From the NCBI RefSeq assembly GCF_006345805.1, contig NC_043000.1, positions 80,724,001 to 80,788,000 of the forward strand: a stretch of DNA of 64,000 nucleotides, given 5' to 3'. The notes beneath the pieces were generated by a model that searched no databases, was not told where the DNA came from, and was given only the letters and a program-made list of their open reading frames with translations. A program made the translations under genes and the position numbers. Positions within the stretch are counted from its first letter, which is position 1, and each line of letters starts with the position of its first letter. Of this stretch, positions 25,310 to 39,929 are shown one piece after another. The DNA comes from Octopus sinensis (lineage: Eukaryota).

Positions 25310-25780
25310 GATTCAAGATTGCTGATGCTTATAAAACAGAAAACAAGGCAATATCATCTAGAGTAGTTATGGCAGTGAGCTGGCAGAATCGTTAGCATGC
25401 CAGGCAAAATACTTTATATTCTGAGTTCAAATTTTACTGAGCTCAACTTCCATCCTTTTGCATTCAATAAAATAAGTGTCAGAAGGCTACTGGGGGTCAA
25501 TGTAATTGCCTTACCCACTTCCCCCAAATTGCTGGCCTTGTGCTAAATTTGAAACCAATATACTCTGCAATACTAAGGTGGTAAGCTGGTAGGATTGTTA
25601 GCATGCTAGGCAAAATGCCTTGTGATATTTCATCCATCTTTATATTCTGAGTTCAAATTCTACCAAGGTCAATAAAATAAGTTCCAGTTTCAGGGTTGAT
25701 AAAACAAGTACCAGTTGAGTGAGTACTGGGTCGATGTAATCGACTTACCCACTCCCTCAAAATTGCTGGCCTCAAAATTA
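25310..25780 (+). mobile_element. Two tandem SINE family B copies
   Basis: Both start (t/g)gagctgg(c/t)ag(a/g)a(t)..gttagcatgc.aggcaaaat and end with aaattgctggcc. Confidence 0.8.
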
Positions 25781-26639
25781 CTACCAAGTTGAGTAGTATG
25801 GCATGAAGTAGTGCAGTGTAATGTGGTGTAGGGTAGAGTTGTATAGTGTTATATCATATAGAGCAGTGCAGTGTGTTGCTAAGCACTACCACACTGTAAA
25901 TATCAATCCAGCAAAGACGCTTACAGGTGGCCCACAAACTATGCTAAAAACAGCAGCCAATTCGCTCATATTTCACACACCCTATTGTGTTTTGAAAGGA
26001 GCTTGTAGATAGTAATGAGAGAGACAGGGACAGAGAGAGATAGAGAGATAGAGACAGAGAGAGAGAGAGACAAATAGACAGAAAGAAGATAGATAAGCAG
26101 ACAGAGTGAGGTGGGAAGAGTAAAGGAGAAAAGTGGAAGCTAAGCTAGTTGGTCATGTCTGTAATAATTTTGATCATAAGTTGAGAGGATTGAGGCTGAC
26201 CCAGAGATAAATAACAACAACAACAACAACAACAATATTCAGTGTAATACTGCAGTACTGTACCATGTGGTGCCATAATTATGCACTGTTGTTGTGCAGT
26301 GACTGTGCTGTGCATTGGTTGTGCAGCTGTTTATTGATATACCAGCTGTGTGCTGCTGATTCAGTTAACTAGCAATCGACCAATCAAATTCAAGCACTGC
26401 AGACTGTTTGGAAAACACCATGAAAATTAGGTTGGTGATGTGGGTTCAATTCTCAGCTGAATCATATATATATATACGTTTATACCTGTAATTATACTGC
26501 AGTTATTTCTTGCGTAAATAAATTCCTATCTGCTCTCTTTCTCTCCTCCTCCTTATCGTCTCTCTCTCTCTTTCTCTTTCAATAATAACAACAGTAACCT
26601 CAACAGCAACAACAACAGTAGCCACAAAAACAATAACAG

Positions 26640-27500
<861 letters not shown>

Positions 27501-27882
27501 GTGAAAGAGATAAAGAAAGTGAGGGTGTAGTTGTATGCAAGTTAATGTAAGCATGTGTGCTTGTGTGCGCAGTGAAGAATGCTATGATGTGAAAGTCAAT
27601 CAGAAGCTGTGTAACAAACCGTGTCACAAGAACAGTGTTGAGTAGTGTGGTAGGAAGTAGAATGACTCCTGTTTCCAAATGGACTTAAGGGTGAAACAAA
27701 CATGCACGTGCACACATATACACACTCACACACACAAACAGATGCACACATACACACACACTGCAGTGCAAGTACCATAGAGTTTACATTAAATAACAGC
27801 CTTTATATCTACAGCAAGGAAAACTTCACTAGGAAGTGGACTTGCGATAAATGAAACGGATGACATATATATATATACACAC

Positions 27883-27913
<31 letters not shown>

Positions 27914-27919
27914 ATATAT

Positions 27920-28012
<93 letters not shown>

Positions 28013-28450
28013 GATAATGATTGTGGAATGTAAAGAAACAGTGAGGTAAACCAGATAGAATGCACATACTGAAGATATTGGACTGTATTTATACATATCT
28101 ATTGGGTGTATGGAAACCTTATACATACATAGATACATACTCACACACATATATATGAGTGTGTGTGCATGTGTATGTGTGTGTGTGTGTGTGTGCGTGC
28201 ATGTGTGCTTTTTCTTTGAGTTTTATTTAAGTTCTTCTAGAGAGCTTTCAAGCCAGTTACTAAACAAGGCAACCAAGACTTTTTAAGTTAAGAGAGTTCC
28301 TGTTGTTTATGTAGCTGATTTGGTGTGTAGGTTCAGCTGTCGATGCATACACCCAAGTGTGTGCATCAATTCACATAAGAATCTCAGATGGAGACTTTGT
28401 GGAATGTTTTACAAATCTTCACTGAGCCAATAATAGATGTATGTATGTAT

Positions 28451-28858
28451 GTACTCTTTACTCTCTTTCTCTTTTACTTGTTTCAGTCATTTGACTGCGG
28501 CCAAGCTGAAGCACCGCCTTTAGTCGAGCAAATCAACCCCAGGACCTATTCTTTGTAAGCCTAGTACTTATTCTATTGGTCTCTTTTACCAAACCGCTAA
28601 GTTACAGGGATGTAAACACACCAGCATAGGTTGTCAAGTGATGTTGGGGGAACAAACACAGACACACAAACATATATACACACATACATATATATGACAG
28701 ACTTCTTTCAGTCTCCGTCTACCAAATCCACTCACAAGGCTTTGGTTGGCCTGGGGCTATAGTAGAAGACACTTGCCCAAGATGCCACGCAGTGGGACTG
28801 AACCCAGAACCATGTGGTTCGTAAGCAAGCTACTTACCACACAGCCACACCTACGCCT
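28451..28858 (-). mobile_element. SINE family A, full length, low divergence
   Basis: Complete head, central (TG/TA) tract and tail ggcggtgcttcagcttggccgcagtcaaatgactgaaacaagtaaaagagaaagag. Confidence 0.9.
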
Positions 28859-28974
28859 ATGTATGCATGTATGTATGTATGTATGTATGTTTTCTTCTGC
28901 TTTTAATTATTTAAATTCTTCCTGTGGGGATACAAAGCTTCATTACTAGAATGTAGATAACAAAAATGATATTC

Positions 28975-30000
28975 TATTCTAAACGTGAAAAATGTCTTGC
29001 ATAATTTTACAATTCTACTGACACATATTTGTAATGTCCAAGTTTGTTAATTTCTTTTTCTGAAAACTCTAGCTTAGCCAGATTGTAACTTAGACATTTA
29101 CTCACATAATGAAGTGCACTAATTATTAATGGTACAATTGTGAATTTATAATCTGAATATAGAAGCTGGAGGTTTCAAAGCAGTTGTCCATAGTTATCCT
29201 CTTTTGCTTTATTTTCAAAGAGATATTCACATCAGCAGGACAGCTGACCTCTGTGATGGTACATATTTTTTGTCTGTTCCAAACAACAATATCCAGCTTC
29301 TTATGTTTATATTTGACAGATGTTTTGATGGGAATATTCCCCCATTATTCCTTGTGTTGATATTTGTGTATGTATTCAATAACAGGAGTATTCTCTATAA
29401 TGACATTGTATATTGCTTTTGCAACTATGTCAGGTTGCATAGAGAGCTAGTACTTTGATGGCATTTTTGAGCAGATGCTAATCACATGTGTGATGTCTTC
29501 CACAGATATATGACATAATCTACATTTTCAGTTGCATCTTGGAGCTCCAATGGCTTCACTGTCTTTTTTGTTTATTAGGAATTTAGTAGCAATTTTCTGT
29601 TCTTCAGTTGCAAATGCATAGCATTTAAAGTGTTATGTGATGCAGTAGCCACAAGTCCAAGAGAGGTTGTGCTTCATGTCAATATTACTGTCTTCTTCAA
29701 GTCTTTGGGATCATGCATGGTCTTTTTTTTTTGTTGGTATATTGAGCATTTCACATCCAGATCTTCTTTGAGGTATGTTAGTTCACCTGTTTTGAGGTTA
29801 TCAGGAAGAGGTTGCTTCCTGAAGAGCTTGATATCAGCATGTATGATATTGTTCTCTTCATTTTTCAGCACTAAGTTAATATATTTATTTTTTCTGCTGT
29901 TGTGTAGCAAGTGTTGCCCGAGAGAGACTGTACAACATTCAAAGACTGTCTGCACTGTCTGTCACTAGCACCATTTCTATGGAGATTTCCAGTTGATGTC
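28975..30000 (-). mobile_element. 3' part of an RLE-type (R2/R4/NeSL-like) non-LTR retrotransposon, decayed
   Basis: Minus translation gives CCHC knuckle KCRLCHISVEDITHVISIC, PDIVAKAIY (RHD.VA position), KLDIVVW (PD motif position) and CTITEVSCPADVNI, then the K..K..Y..L region. Confidence 0.8.
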
Positions 30001-30808
30001 AGTATTTCTAAAAATGAGACCTGTCAAATTTCCTGCTCCTTCACCTGATATTACTTACCTTTTTACGCTTGGTGCATCAGCCACCATGTCACACTTGGAC
30101 TGAACAGCAGCATATTGATACTTCTATTTCCAAGCCTTTTCTGCTCTTTTTCAACTATAACCTAGCAGAGCAGCTTCAACAAATAAGAATCGGTCGTTTC
30201 TCCACTCACAGTCTCAGCTGTCTTAACCAACAAAACATGTTTAATCTGAATGAATAAACAAGTTGCCATAATCTCTATTTCACTAAATTACAAGCGTGCA
30301 TGTTATTCCCTTCTCTTTTAACTCAGCAACACTTACCCACTTCTGCCACATCTGACACTCAACACTCAACTGATTACACACACAAACATATGTATAATTC
30401 ATTTCCTATAATAACATTTATATAAACCTTACTTTTATTAATGTTGTAATTTGAAACTTGTAACATTTCCTTGCATGAACAACAGTATATTTTCAAACCA
30501 GTATTTTCACAATCTTTGGAAGGACACCTAATGGTTTACTAATTTCAGTTATATTGCCATTAGACCGGAAGAGATTTACACTTTTGGATTTACGTAGAAA
30601 ATAAAAGACTACAACTATAATTAAATTATTGTTATTATTTATAACCTTTCCTATTTTCTACACATCCTTATCATAAGCTAATCCAGAAAATATCATCTTA
30701 CATCATCATTCTGTAGATTCTAGTAACTATTTGCAATCTATTATTTTTCAAATTTCTGCAATGGTTAACTTATTTAATTCTAAATGAGATTGCATTTATA
30801 GTATTTTT

Positions 30809-30902
<94 letters not shown>

Positions 30903-30904
<2 letters not shown>

Positions 30905-31081
30905 AGGGGATGCTGAAAAGTTCCTGGCTTTAAGGGTATCGTGAAAGGCCTAGCTGAGAAAAACTGAAGAACTACTGCAAATAAGCATGTGAATGTGAGA
31001 GGGGAATATGTTGAATAATTAACTTATGACTGCTGCTGTATTTTCTTTTAACCAAAGCCAGGAACTTTCAGTACCCCTTTG
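30903..31081. mobile_element. Mariner-derived MITE (internal deletion)
   Basis: TIRs caaggggatgctgaaaagttcctggctt / aagccaggaactttcagtacccctttg; retains the coding tail (..NVRGEYVE*); right flank TA, left flank (CA)n. Confidence 0.75.
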
Positions 31082-31379
31082 TATATCACACATACACACA
31101 CATTCATGCATACATAAGGAAAGACCTTGCAGAGTCAACCCCACTCTCTAAGCAACATATGTATTAGTCAAAACAGAACTAGTTTATATTATTGGATGCA
31201 AACAAAGAGTTTTCATTCTCCTATAGAGATATCTTATAAGAAATATAAAGAAAAAAGCTAGCGGGCTCTCGCTTTCAGCTGTTGGATGGCCATCGACTCT
31301 GCTGAGTTCATCCACCTCTTGACACTTTATTTTGCTTTTCATCCTGCTGGGTGTCCAACGGCAACCCACTTCTTTATTA

Positions 31380-33830
31380 AGCAAGTTTGAGTAGGTTGCT
31401 ATTTTAATGGTCGACGGCCTGACAAAGCAACAGGTTGTACTGGGTGAATGTTACCAATAACACAAAGGGTCTCCTGTCAGCTATCAAGAAGAATTCGAAA
31501 TCAACTGCTGGATTTTGAAAGATATACTTAACTGCATCATTGCTTACAAATACGTGAGTCCAGGTTTTGATATCGAGTGGAACAAAAGTGTTAATCGACT
31601 GCAGTCTCGTTTATAAATGAAGGTAACTCCGCCATGTAATTTCATAGCCAATGTCATTTGACCAGGCAGTTTAAGTGCCAGACTATATAGCAATTCTGCC
31701 GGGAAGTAACCTAGACCTTCCTTAACAATGGTATGTAAACCTAGTAATGCAGTTGGCAGGGCTTCTAACCATCTAGCCAAATCGGAATGTACTCGTAAAG
31801 CTGTTGATGAAAACGTTCTATCATCAGAGGTGAAGCCAGGTTCTAAAGTTAGGAGGAATGAGCACCTAAAAAAAAGAGTCACCGTGACACATACCAGTTT
31901 TTAACTCATTTCTTTTATATTATGCGAAATATTTCATTAGTTGGAATATACGTAATTTTATTCTACATTCATTAATTTCATTTTTTAACTACTGATAGTG
32001 ACGTGAAAAAGATGAAACTACTCGAGATCGTCCAGTGTCAAGAGGTTATAACGTTAGGATTTGTTTTGGGTTTTCAGATGTCAGCAGACACCAACACAGG
32101 AGATTGAGCAGATAGTTAAAAAAAAAAAACACAGGAAATTGGTCAAATAAAATAATGACTCCACGGCCATGCGGTTGACAAAAATAGATTTGACTTTTAT
32201 TGCACAAGTGACATAAAAAGTTTTTTAAAATTGTTGAAAAGGCGCCAATTTTGAAAAATGTGCTTGAGAGAGCAGTCTCTCCCCTTGCTCCCCTATTAGC
32301 TATACCACTGTCTATCATTCTGTTATTCTTGGGTTGGTCAGCGGTATTGCGAATTTGATGTGTACTTAGCAAGTCAGATAGGTTGGCGAAAAGATTTGAT
32401 TTGAATTGACGACTTCTTTCGGTTGTTATTGTCATAGAAGGGCCAAAACCTGAGAGCCATTCGACCATTAGGGATTTGTAACCACAAAGAATGAAAGGTC
32501 TCGTTATGGTTTCAGACCTTCTAAAAAAAATGGTCTATACAGGTCAATGCATATGTCAAAGCTTTATGATCAGAATAACTGGTGAAGGTTTCTCCTGTTA
32601 AGAAATGTCGAAAATGCTTCACAATAAATAAGTGACTAATAATTCTCTACGGAAAGTATTATACCTCGTTTCTGCTGATTTGAAACGCTTGTAAAAAAAG
32701 GAAAGAAGTTTGCCAAGCATCTTGAGCAAACTATGGCAGTACCCCACCGATTCCAACATCAGATGCATCTGCTATCACTGATGAAGGAGCGTCTGGTACG
32801 GATGGGCTTATAGTATAACTTCTATAAACTTTTTTTTTATATATAATCTTGCTGGATTTAGAGAAATAGTTTAAGATTGCGTAACAACTTTGTTAGTAGA
32901 AATAATGGTCTCTGTACAGTGCTGCATAAATCTTCTGTTGAGGTTAATGAGACCACGCAATGCAGATATTTGTAATGGCTTCTATTTCTTCCGTTAACGG
33001 ACGAATTCCGTCTTTATTAGTTATATGTTCCCAAAAACGTTATATAAGAAACGCCAAAAAGACATTTACAGGGGTTAATTACAACACTGAACTGTGACAA
33101 TCAAATAAAAAGTTGTTCTAAGTATTGTTCATGTTGCTCCTCTGTTGGACTAGCAATCAACAAGTCGTTGATATATTGAATATCGAGGGAATTGCTGCTG
33201 GGCGAGCTTATCTGTTAAAACCTGAATTTTATTTCCTGTTGTCTTAACAAAATATTGCCAACTCAGAAGAAATAGAAGAGACGAAGGTAGAGGGGTTAAG
33301 CTTCTACATTACCAGTATTTGAAGAGGAAATATTCATAATAAAATCTGCCAAGTCGGCCAATTGGGTGGTCGAGCTCTGCTCTTTGTTAGGCGTTAAAAT
33401 GGCTTGCTCGTTTGAAGGGAGCACAAGAAAAAAGTATCGCAACATTGACTCTTCAAATGTGTTACCCTCCACTAATTCTCTCATTCTTCTCAGCAGTTGA
33501 AAAGGCTTCTTATCCCCTAAAACTTCTTTGTGAAGGAGTGGGTGAAGACATTTCTGTTTTCATACTTTGATAGGATGTAGAGTCGGAATGGTTGGTAATC
33601 AATCTTTGACTTCACTGCTTAAGGCTGGAAGCAAAACACTGGCTAAAAGGTGAAATTGACGCGTGTCCGAAGAAATTATATTTGCTGCGAAATTGACTTC
33701 AAGTCGAAAAAACTAAAGAGAAGGACCTTCAGTATATGGAGGTGAAGTGAAGAACAAAGCAGCTTGAATAGCTGAACTATCACTATTTACAGAAGAAAAA
33801 GACGAAGCAGGTGAATTCAACATTCTTTTT
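31380..33830 (-). mobile_element. Ty3/Gypsy LTR retrotransposon internal region, heavily decayed and deleted
   Basis: gag (FFRLEVNF...GDKKPFQLLRRM...QLADLAD), RT C-terminus (GLINLNRRFM), RNase H (PDAP..VIADASDVGIGGVL; GETFTSYSDHKALTYAL), integrase (ITTERSRQFKSNLF; WLEALPTALLGL...AELLY..ALKLPG); order RT-RH-IN. Confidence 0.85.
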
Positions 33831-34296
33831 GAACGGAAATTATTTGGAACCACGCTAAGGAAAGGATATGAAAAGATAAAATACCGGCTGTTAAGCGAAC
33901 TCAAGAAGGTTCTGAATTAACTTCCGCTCTGGAATCACTTTCGAGTGAAGAGACTTTCGTCTGTGTTGAAGGGTGTAGTGTTGCTAGCACCAACACTTTC
34001 ACTTTAACACCTTGTAAATAAAGTCTTCTCTTCTCTCAAACAGTGGAACGGCTTGTCGTCTTTCATTTATATTCTGTTGGCACTGTTTTATATACCCATG
34101 TATTATGGCTTCTCTCTTATATATATTTTGTAAGGGATGCGACCGTGCGGCGTACAAAAGGAGACCTTTGTCACCAACCTCCCTACGTACGGTCGTATTA
34201 CCTACAGTCGGACTGGTTGTCTGTCGCACGAACTGAAACATGGCTGAGTACGATGATGGTCAGTGACTAGACCTTAGACGGTCTGGAGTCAAAGAC

Positions 34297-36586
34297 TATT
34301 TCTTTATTACCCACAAGGGGCCAACATAGAGGGGGGACAGTACAACATGATTGGGGTCATGTTAAAACAATGATGTAAAACATTAAATGATGGTAAAAAT
34401 ACAATAAAATTTCAATGAAATCGAAAATCGAATGTTACACATTTGACAAAACAACACAAAAAGGACGCATGAAGCAGAAAAAAACAGGATTGCCGACCCC
34501 ACGAGCCCTGTTTTTCCCCACTGAAACCTTGGTAGCTGACTTACGGCGTTTTCATGCAGTGACTTTCACTCCCAGCAACCGTGCAACACGCTTCCATCTT
34601 TTTTGAAACTTGCATACTGACAGACACCTTTTCTCTAACTCAACCTTTGTTTTTAGGTGGAACTTAAAGAAGTTCACCAAGGCGAGGCCAGAAATCATGG
34701 TGTCTGCTACTATGACGAGAAAGGAATGCTTACCTTCGTTTGTCAAGAAACTAGGCGAGTCAATTTTTAGAATTGTCTCAGCCGATAGCTATACTCTTCT
34801 TCCGTCCGACAACAGGTGTTCTGCATAAACCCACACGTCCGAAATTTCCGAGCACTGGACAATAGCGTGCAGGACTGTTTCCACATCCCGCTCGCATCTT
34901 CGACAGTTCGATGGTCCAACGTGATCATGTCTTGTGAGCTTATCCCGAACATTTGCCAGGCCAAAGACTTCTGAAAGTTATCCAGCGTCCTCGGACCGAA
35001 TGTCCTTTGGAACAGGCTGTCTAACTTATTATTATTGAGACCCAAGGTCCTTCCCAGGGCATCGTTATTTCCGGCCTCTACCAACCTACTATAAAAGGCT
35101 GCGGTGGTACCAAAGCCACCGGCATTGCCCGACTTGCGGAAGTGGAAGAGGGCCTTACGGCACTCTGAATACCACATGCTCGACCTAAATCTGCGACGAT
35201 ACCAGGTTTCTCTACCACCAAAACTGGCAAATCTGGGGAACATCTGCCTCGCGAGCGGGGACGACACCCATTCACCATCCAGGTAGAGCCGAAGATGCCT
35301 CAACCTCAGCGCATCAACAGCCAAGGCATCCCTAACCCACCCTTTAACGGCTTCTGACAGCAAATAGAACGTCTCACAAGGGGAGGGTTACCCTTCCACA
35401 AAAAGTGAACGATTTGCCTCTCCAACTTGCTTAACCACGAATCCGGACAAGGAACGACGGTTAGGCGGTAAGTGATGACCGATGCTATAAACACATTGGC
35501 CACCTCCGCCCTCCCTTTCAAGGATAGCCACCGCCAAGACCAAGTCTTGACCGCGTGAGCCACCTTGCTCGTCACCTCTAACCAGTTCTTTTCTATCTGG
35601 AGATCTGGACCAAACCAGATCCCTAGCAATTTAACCGGGCCCTCTGTCCAGCATCCCACGATGCTATTCGAAGGCATCGACTTGCCCCTCCAGGTGCCGA
35701 GTTGCAAGCCGACTGACTTTTCCCGATTAATTTTTGCTCCTGTCACCGTCTCGTAAGCCTTGATGGTATCTCCCACATTCTGTAGGAGTTCCACCTTGGT
35801 CACGATGATGGTGATGTCGCCCGCATACGCTGTCACAGATCCTCCACCTCTTGGATTCGTCGGGATGGCGCTCAGCTTTCGCAGTAATGGCTCGAGAGCC
35901 ATCACATATAAAAGCGGGGAGAGCGGACACCCTTGACGGACTGACCGTTTGATGCGGAAAGGCTTCGAAAGGAAGCCATTCACCCGAACGATCGAGTCGA
36001 TGTTGTCGTACAACTGTATAATCCACCTGAGAAAACCAATGCCCAGACCGAACTGTGCAAGCACAGACACCAGGTACCGATGGTTCACCCTATCGAAGGC
36101 TTTACTCTGGTCTAAATGGACCAGTGCCCCACCTTTGCCAGAATTGTTCCCGAACCCTTCCATGGTGTAGCGTATAAGGTGAAGATTATCCTGAATGGTC
36201 CTTCCGGGGACCGCACAAGTTTGTGCTTCCCCGATTAGGCCATCCGCGACACGCGTCAACCTTTTCGCTAACACCTTGGCCAAAATCTTCACCTCTGCAT
36301 TCAGCAGGGTGATGGGCCTGAAGTTGTCTATTCTATTCCCCTTGCTCGAGTCCTTTCTGATCAGCGTCACCACTACCCGGCGCACAGATCTGGGAATGAA
36401 CCCATTCTGCCGCCAGTTCGCGAAAACGCCGGCCAGTATGTACCCGAACAAGTCTGGCATACTTTTGTGTAGTTCGTAGAGCAAACCATCAATCCCCGGC
36501 GCCTTACCTCCGCCGCAGTCGGCCATGGATTCAGCTATCTCCTCGGGCGAGATTGACCCTTCACAGCTCTCCACGTCCTGCCCGGC
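34297..36586 (-). mobile_element. L1/Tx1-clade LINE, 5'-truncated, young, with 15-bp TSD
   Basis: RT ORF 35306..36619 (KAPGIDGL, FRPITLLNAEVKILAK, LDQSKAFDRVNH, RQGCPLSPLLY, YAGD), frameshift to C-terminal ORF 34767..35363; identical tctggagtcaaagac at 34282-34296 and 36587-36601; CpG-rich. Confidence 0.95.
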
Positions 36587-37999
36587 TCTGGAGTCAAAGA
36601 CAAAGTATAGTGAAAGCAAGCGCCTTTTTATAGAGAAAAAAATGGCTCAAACAGAGCATAGGAAAAACAGTGTCACGAGACCTTATCCAAAGGCCGTGAT
36701 TGGTTGGCTTTACACAGTGGCGCAAAATAAGTAGAGAGACAAACTGCGCCACATGCCAACCAATCAAATCAGTGAACACAACAGGAACAAACCAGCCAAA
36801 GATGGTTGTAATCTCAAACGAGATTATTCCTGTTGTGTTTCTCAAACAGTGAGGATATCAGATACACTACAAGGGTATACATGACTGATATTTCGAGCAC
36901 GATAAAATATGAACCTAATATAACAGTATTCTCAACATCATAATTTGCAGAGGCAGGGGCTGCGAGGGTAAAAATTGTATGTGCGACGGCGTCTGAACCC
37001 TTGGATCTCTTCTTCCCGTCGTTGCGGTAGTCGTGGTGAGTTTATATTCATGTATTTAATGAGTATGGTTTGTTTTAACGACTTTTGCTGGCTATTTCTG
37101 AGTCGAACATCATCAAATGTGGAGGAGATGAACACCGGTTGTTACCAATTGTCGGAATGTTGTTGGCAGGCTCTGTCATCAGTTCTCCCGAGTATATTAT
37201 AGTGCTTCCTCCATGCTGCTGTGGTAGCTGGTTGAGTTAATGAATGAAAATATGTTTCTTGGCTGCATGAAGAAGTAACTGAACAACAACTGCGAACATT
37301 TAACAAAAGAATTTATTGTCGCACATAAAAACAAACTGCGTTGGCCTTTTATTATTATTATATTGCTTTGCAAAACAGAATTTTGACGGCTTATAAAAGC
37401 AGTATCAAATTCAATAGCTTTTGTAAGTGGCAGTAATTACTGCGAAAACAAGGCTGTTTCATCAAACGGTCGACTTACCCAAAGTATGATACTGTAGAAA
37501 ATACCAATTTTAAAAACTTCCCAGTCACATTAGAATGCACCTGTAAATATGTGATGTGCTGCTCAATCAGACAACTGTCGTTTCATTCGTAGCTGTTGAA
37601 TCAGACATACAGCCGTTTGTAGAAAAAAATGGATGTGTAAAGATACCAACAATAACTTAATTATGATGACTGTTTTCTTTTTATTTTCTACATAGCACGG
37701 AAAATGTGGTCCTCTTGTCGCCAAGTGGCTCAATAATTTTGAGTAATAAAAAAGTACAAGTAGTTCAACAGATTGTGAACGTACTAGTTTGGAAATGATC
37801 AATCAATCCCTTTGGAAAAATAGCAAGTTTTTAATCATTGGTAAAAGTAGGATGTACATAAATATGTTGGAAACATTTATTCGTGTTTTTAAAACCAGTT
37901 GAATGTTACATATGGTGCAAACAAGTATATTAATATATATTTCAAAGGACCGAGTACAATGGAAAAAACTCTCGGCCTTTGAGTAACTTTTGAAAGTTT

Positions 38000-39001
38000 T
38001 CTTCCGGTTAATATACGTATGTATGTATGTATGTATGTATGTATGTATTTATGTATGTATGTATGTATGTATGTATGCATGCATGCATACATGCATGTAT
38101 GTGTGCATGTATGTATGTATGTATATGCATGCATACATATATACTACATACATACGCACACACATATACAGAGGGAGAGAGAACGAGAGAGAAATAGATA
38201 TAAATATAGATTTCCACACTCATTCATGTGTGTGACGTGTGCATACGTGTCTGTACACATACGTACGTACATACATACATACATATACATGTGTGCGTGT
38301 ATGTATATATATATATATCTATATATACACACATACATACATATATGTACACACACACATATATATATATAACTCTATTTTGGGAAAGTCATTCTGCCGA
38401 TAAAAAAAAGACACACTATTATAATTCTGTTAATTGATTTTACAAAGTCTTTAATTACACATCTGTAACGTTTTCACGCAGGGAACTTTGCACTGAACTG
38501 ATTGAAAAGGTTACAGATGTGTAAAGAATCGCTTGACTAACTACTTAAATGTTAAATGTCTGCATGATCAGAGCTGACCTAGGGTTACATAAAACAACAA
38601 CGACAACGACAATATTCGCTGGTAGCATCTTCACTCTTACATTATCACAATCAACACCAATACCTGCTCACACTCGCCACTATTCATCTACTTCTTCTTA
38701 CCACCACTTTTAACTATCTCTGCCCCAGTGCCAACACTTACCAACATTCTCCAACACTCTTCTATCCAATCACCACCAGCACTACCATTACCGGCGACGC
38801 AATTATTATCTCTACCAAAACAACACGACTATCACCACCATCACTACCCCAACAATAATAGTTAACACCAATACCACTACCACCAACAACAACAACAGCA
38901 ACAAAAAACAACTGCAACAACAACAAATTAACACTAACACCAAAATCAGCTCCACCTCCACCAACAACACGAGTGCCAACACTACCGCGACCTCACTACC
39001 C

Positions 39002-39032
<31 letters not shown>

Positions 39033-39376
39033 CAACAACACTCATAGTCTTCGAGTCGTTAAGAATGATTGATTAACGCTTGGATTGCAAGAATCGATCA
39101 ATCCCAGTCATGAAGGAAGACTGGCATTAATTTCATGGGAAGGACGGACTATGGCGGAGACAACAGCTGTGTGACAGAAGCAGAGGGAAGAGATATACAG
39201 AGATATATCGAGAAAGAGAGAGAGGGGGAGAGGGAGAGAGAGAGGGAGAAACAGACAGACAGACAGACAAACAAGTAGAGAAATACAGATATAAATCCGA
39301 GAAGGATGTGGTGGTGGGCACTTAGAGCTAGTCAGAGATTTACGAGGTGCAAAAGAAAGAAAGCAGACAGACAGAC

Positions 39377-39470
<94 letters not shown>
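38000..39470. repeat. Microsatellite cluster (TATG)n, (CAA/CAC)n, (GA)n, (GATA)n with a short unique island at about 39050-39180
   Basis: Directly visible. Confidence 0.85.
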
Positions 39471-39929
39471 GCGAGCAGGCAAAAAGACAGACAGATTATT
39501 GCAAAGTACATGTAGGTACCAGTGTGTGTGTGAGTGTGAATAAAAAGATAGATTTAAAGCAAGTGTGAAAGATGCAATCCGGGACGGTTATATGAGAGGG
39601 TGACACTTCTCTTTCTCTCTCTCATACACACACACACACACACATATACATATACAGACGCTGGCATGGCTCTGTAAATCAATTCGCTTCACAACCACAT
39701 GGTTCCAGGTTCAATTCCAATGCGTGTCGCATTGGCTGAGTTAATTCTGCCGTAGATTCGGGTTGGCTAATATTTAACGGGTTTCCCAGAGGGATATTGC
39801 GCGGATACCAATCATATTATATACATACCTAAGTATATATACATGAACATACACACATGCACACGCACATACACACGTGTATGTGCCACAAAGCAACAAC
39901 TGAATCAGTCATAACTCCTAAGATAAATA

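Noticed and set aside
33963-34045. TG...CA segment with AATAAA as the LTR of the Gypsy element
   Set aside because: Only about 80 bp, in the wrong orientation for the minus-strand gag, with no partner LTR or convincing PBS.
39050-39172. Minus-strand acceptor (ctctgcttctgtcacacAG) followed by a short frame VVSAIVRPSHEINASLPS*
   Set aside because: All frames stop within 20 codons and there is no good donor; it could be a terminal exon but cannot be supported.
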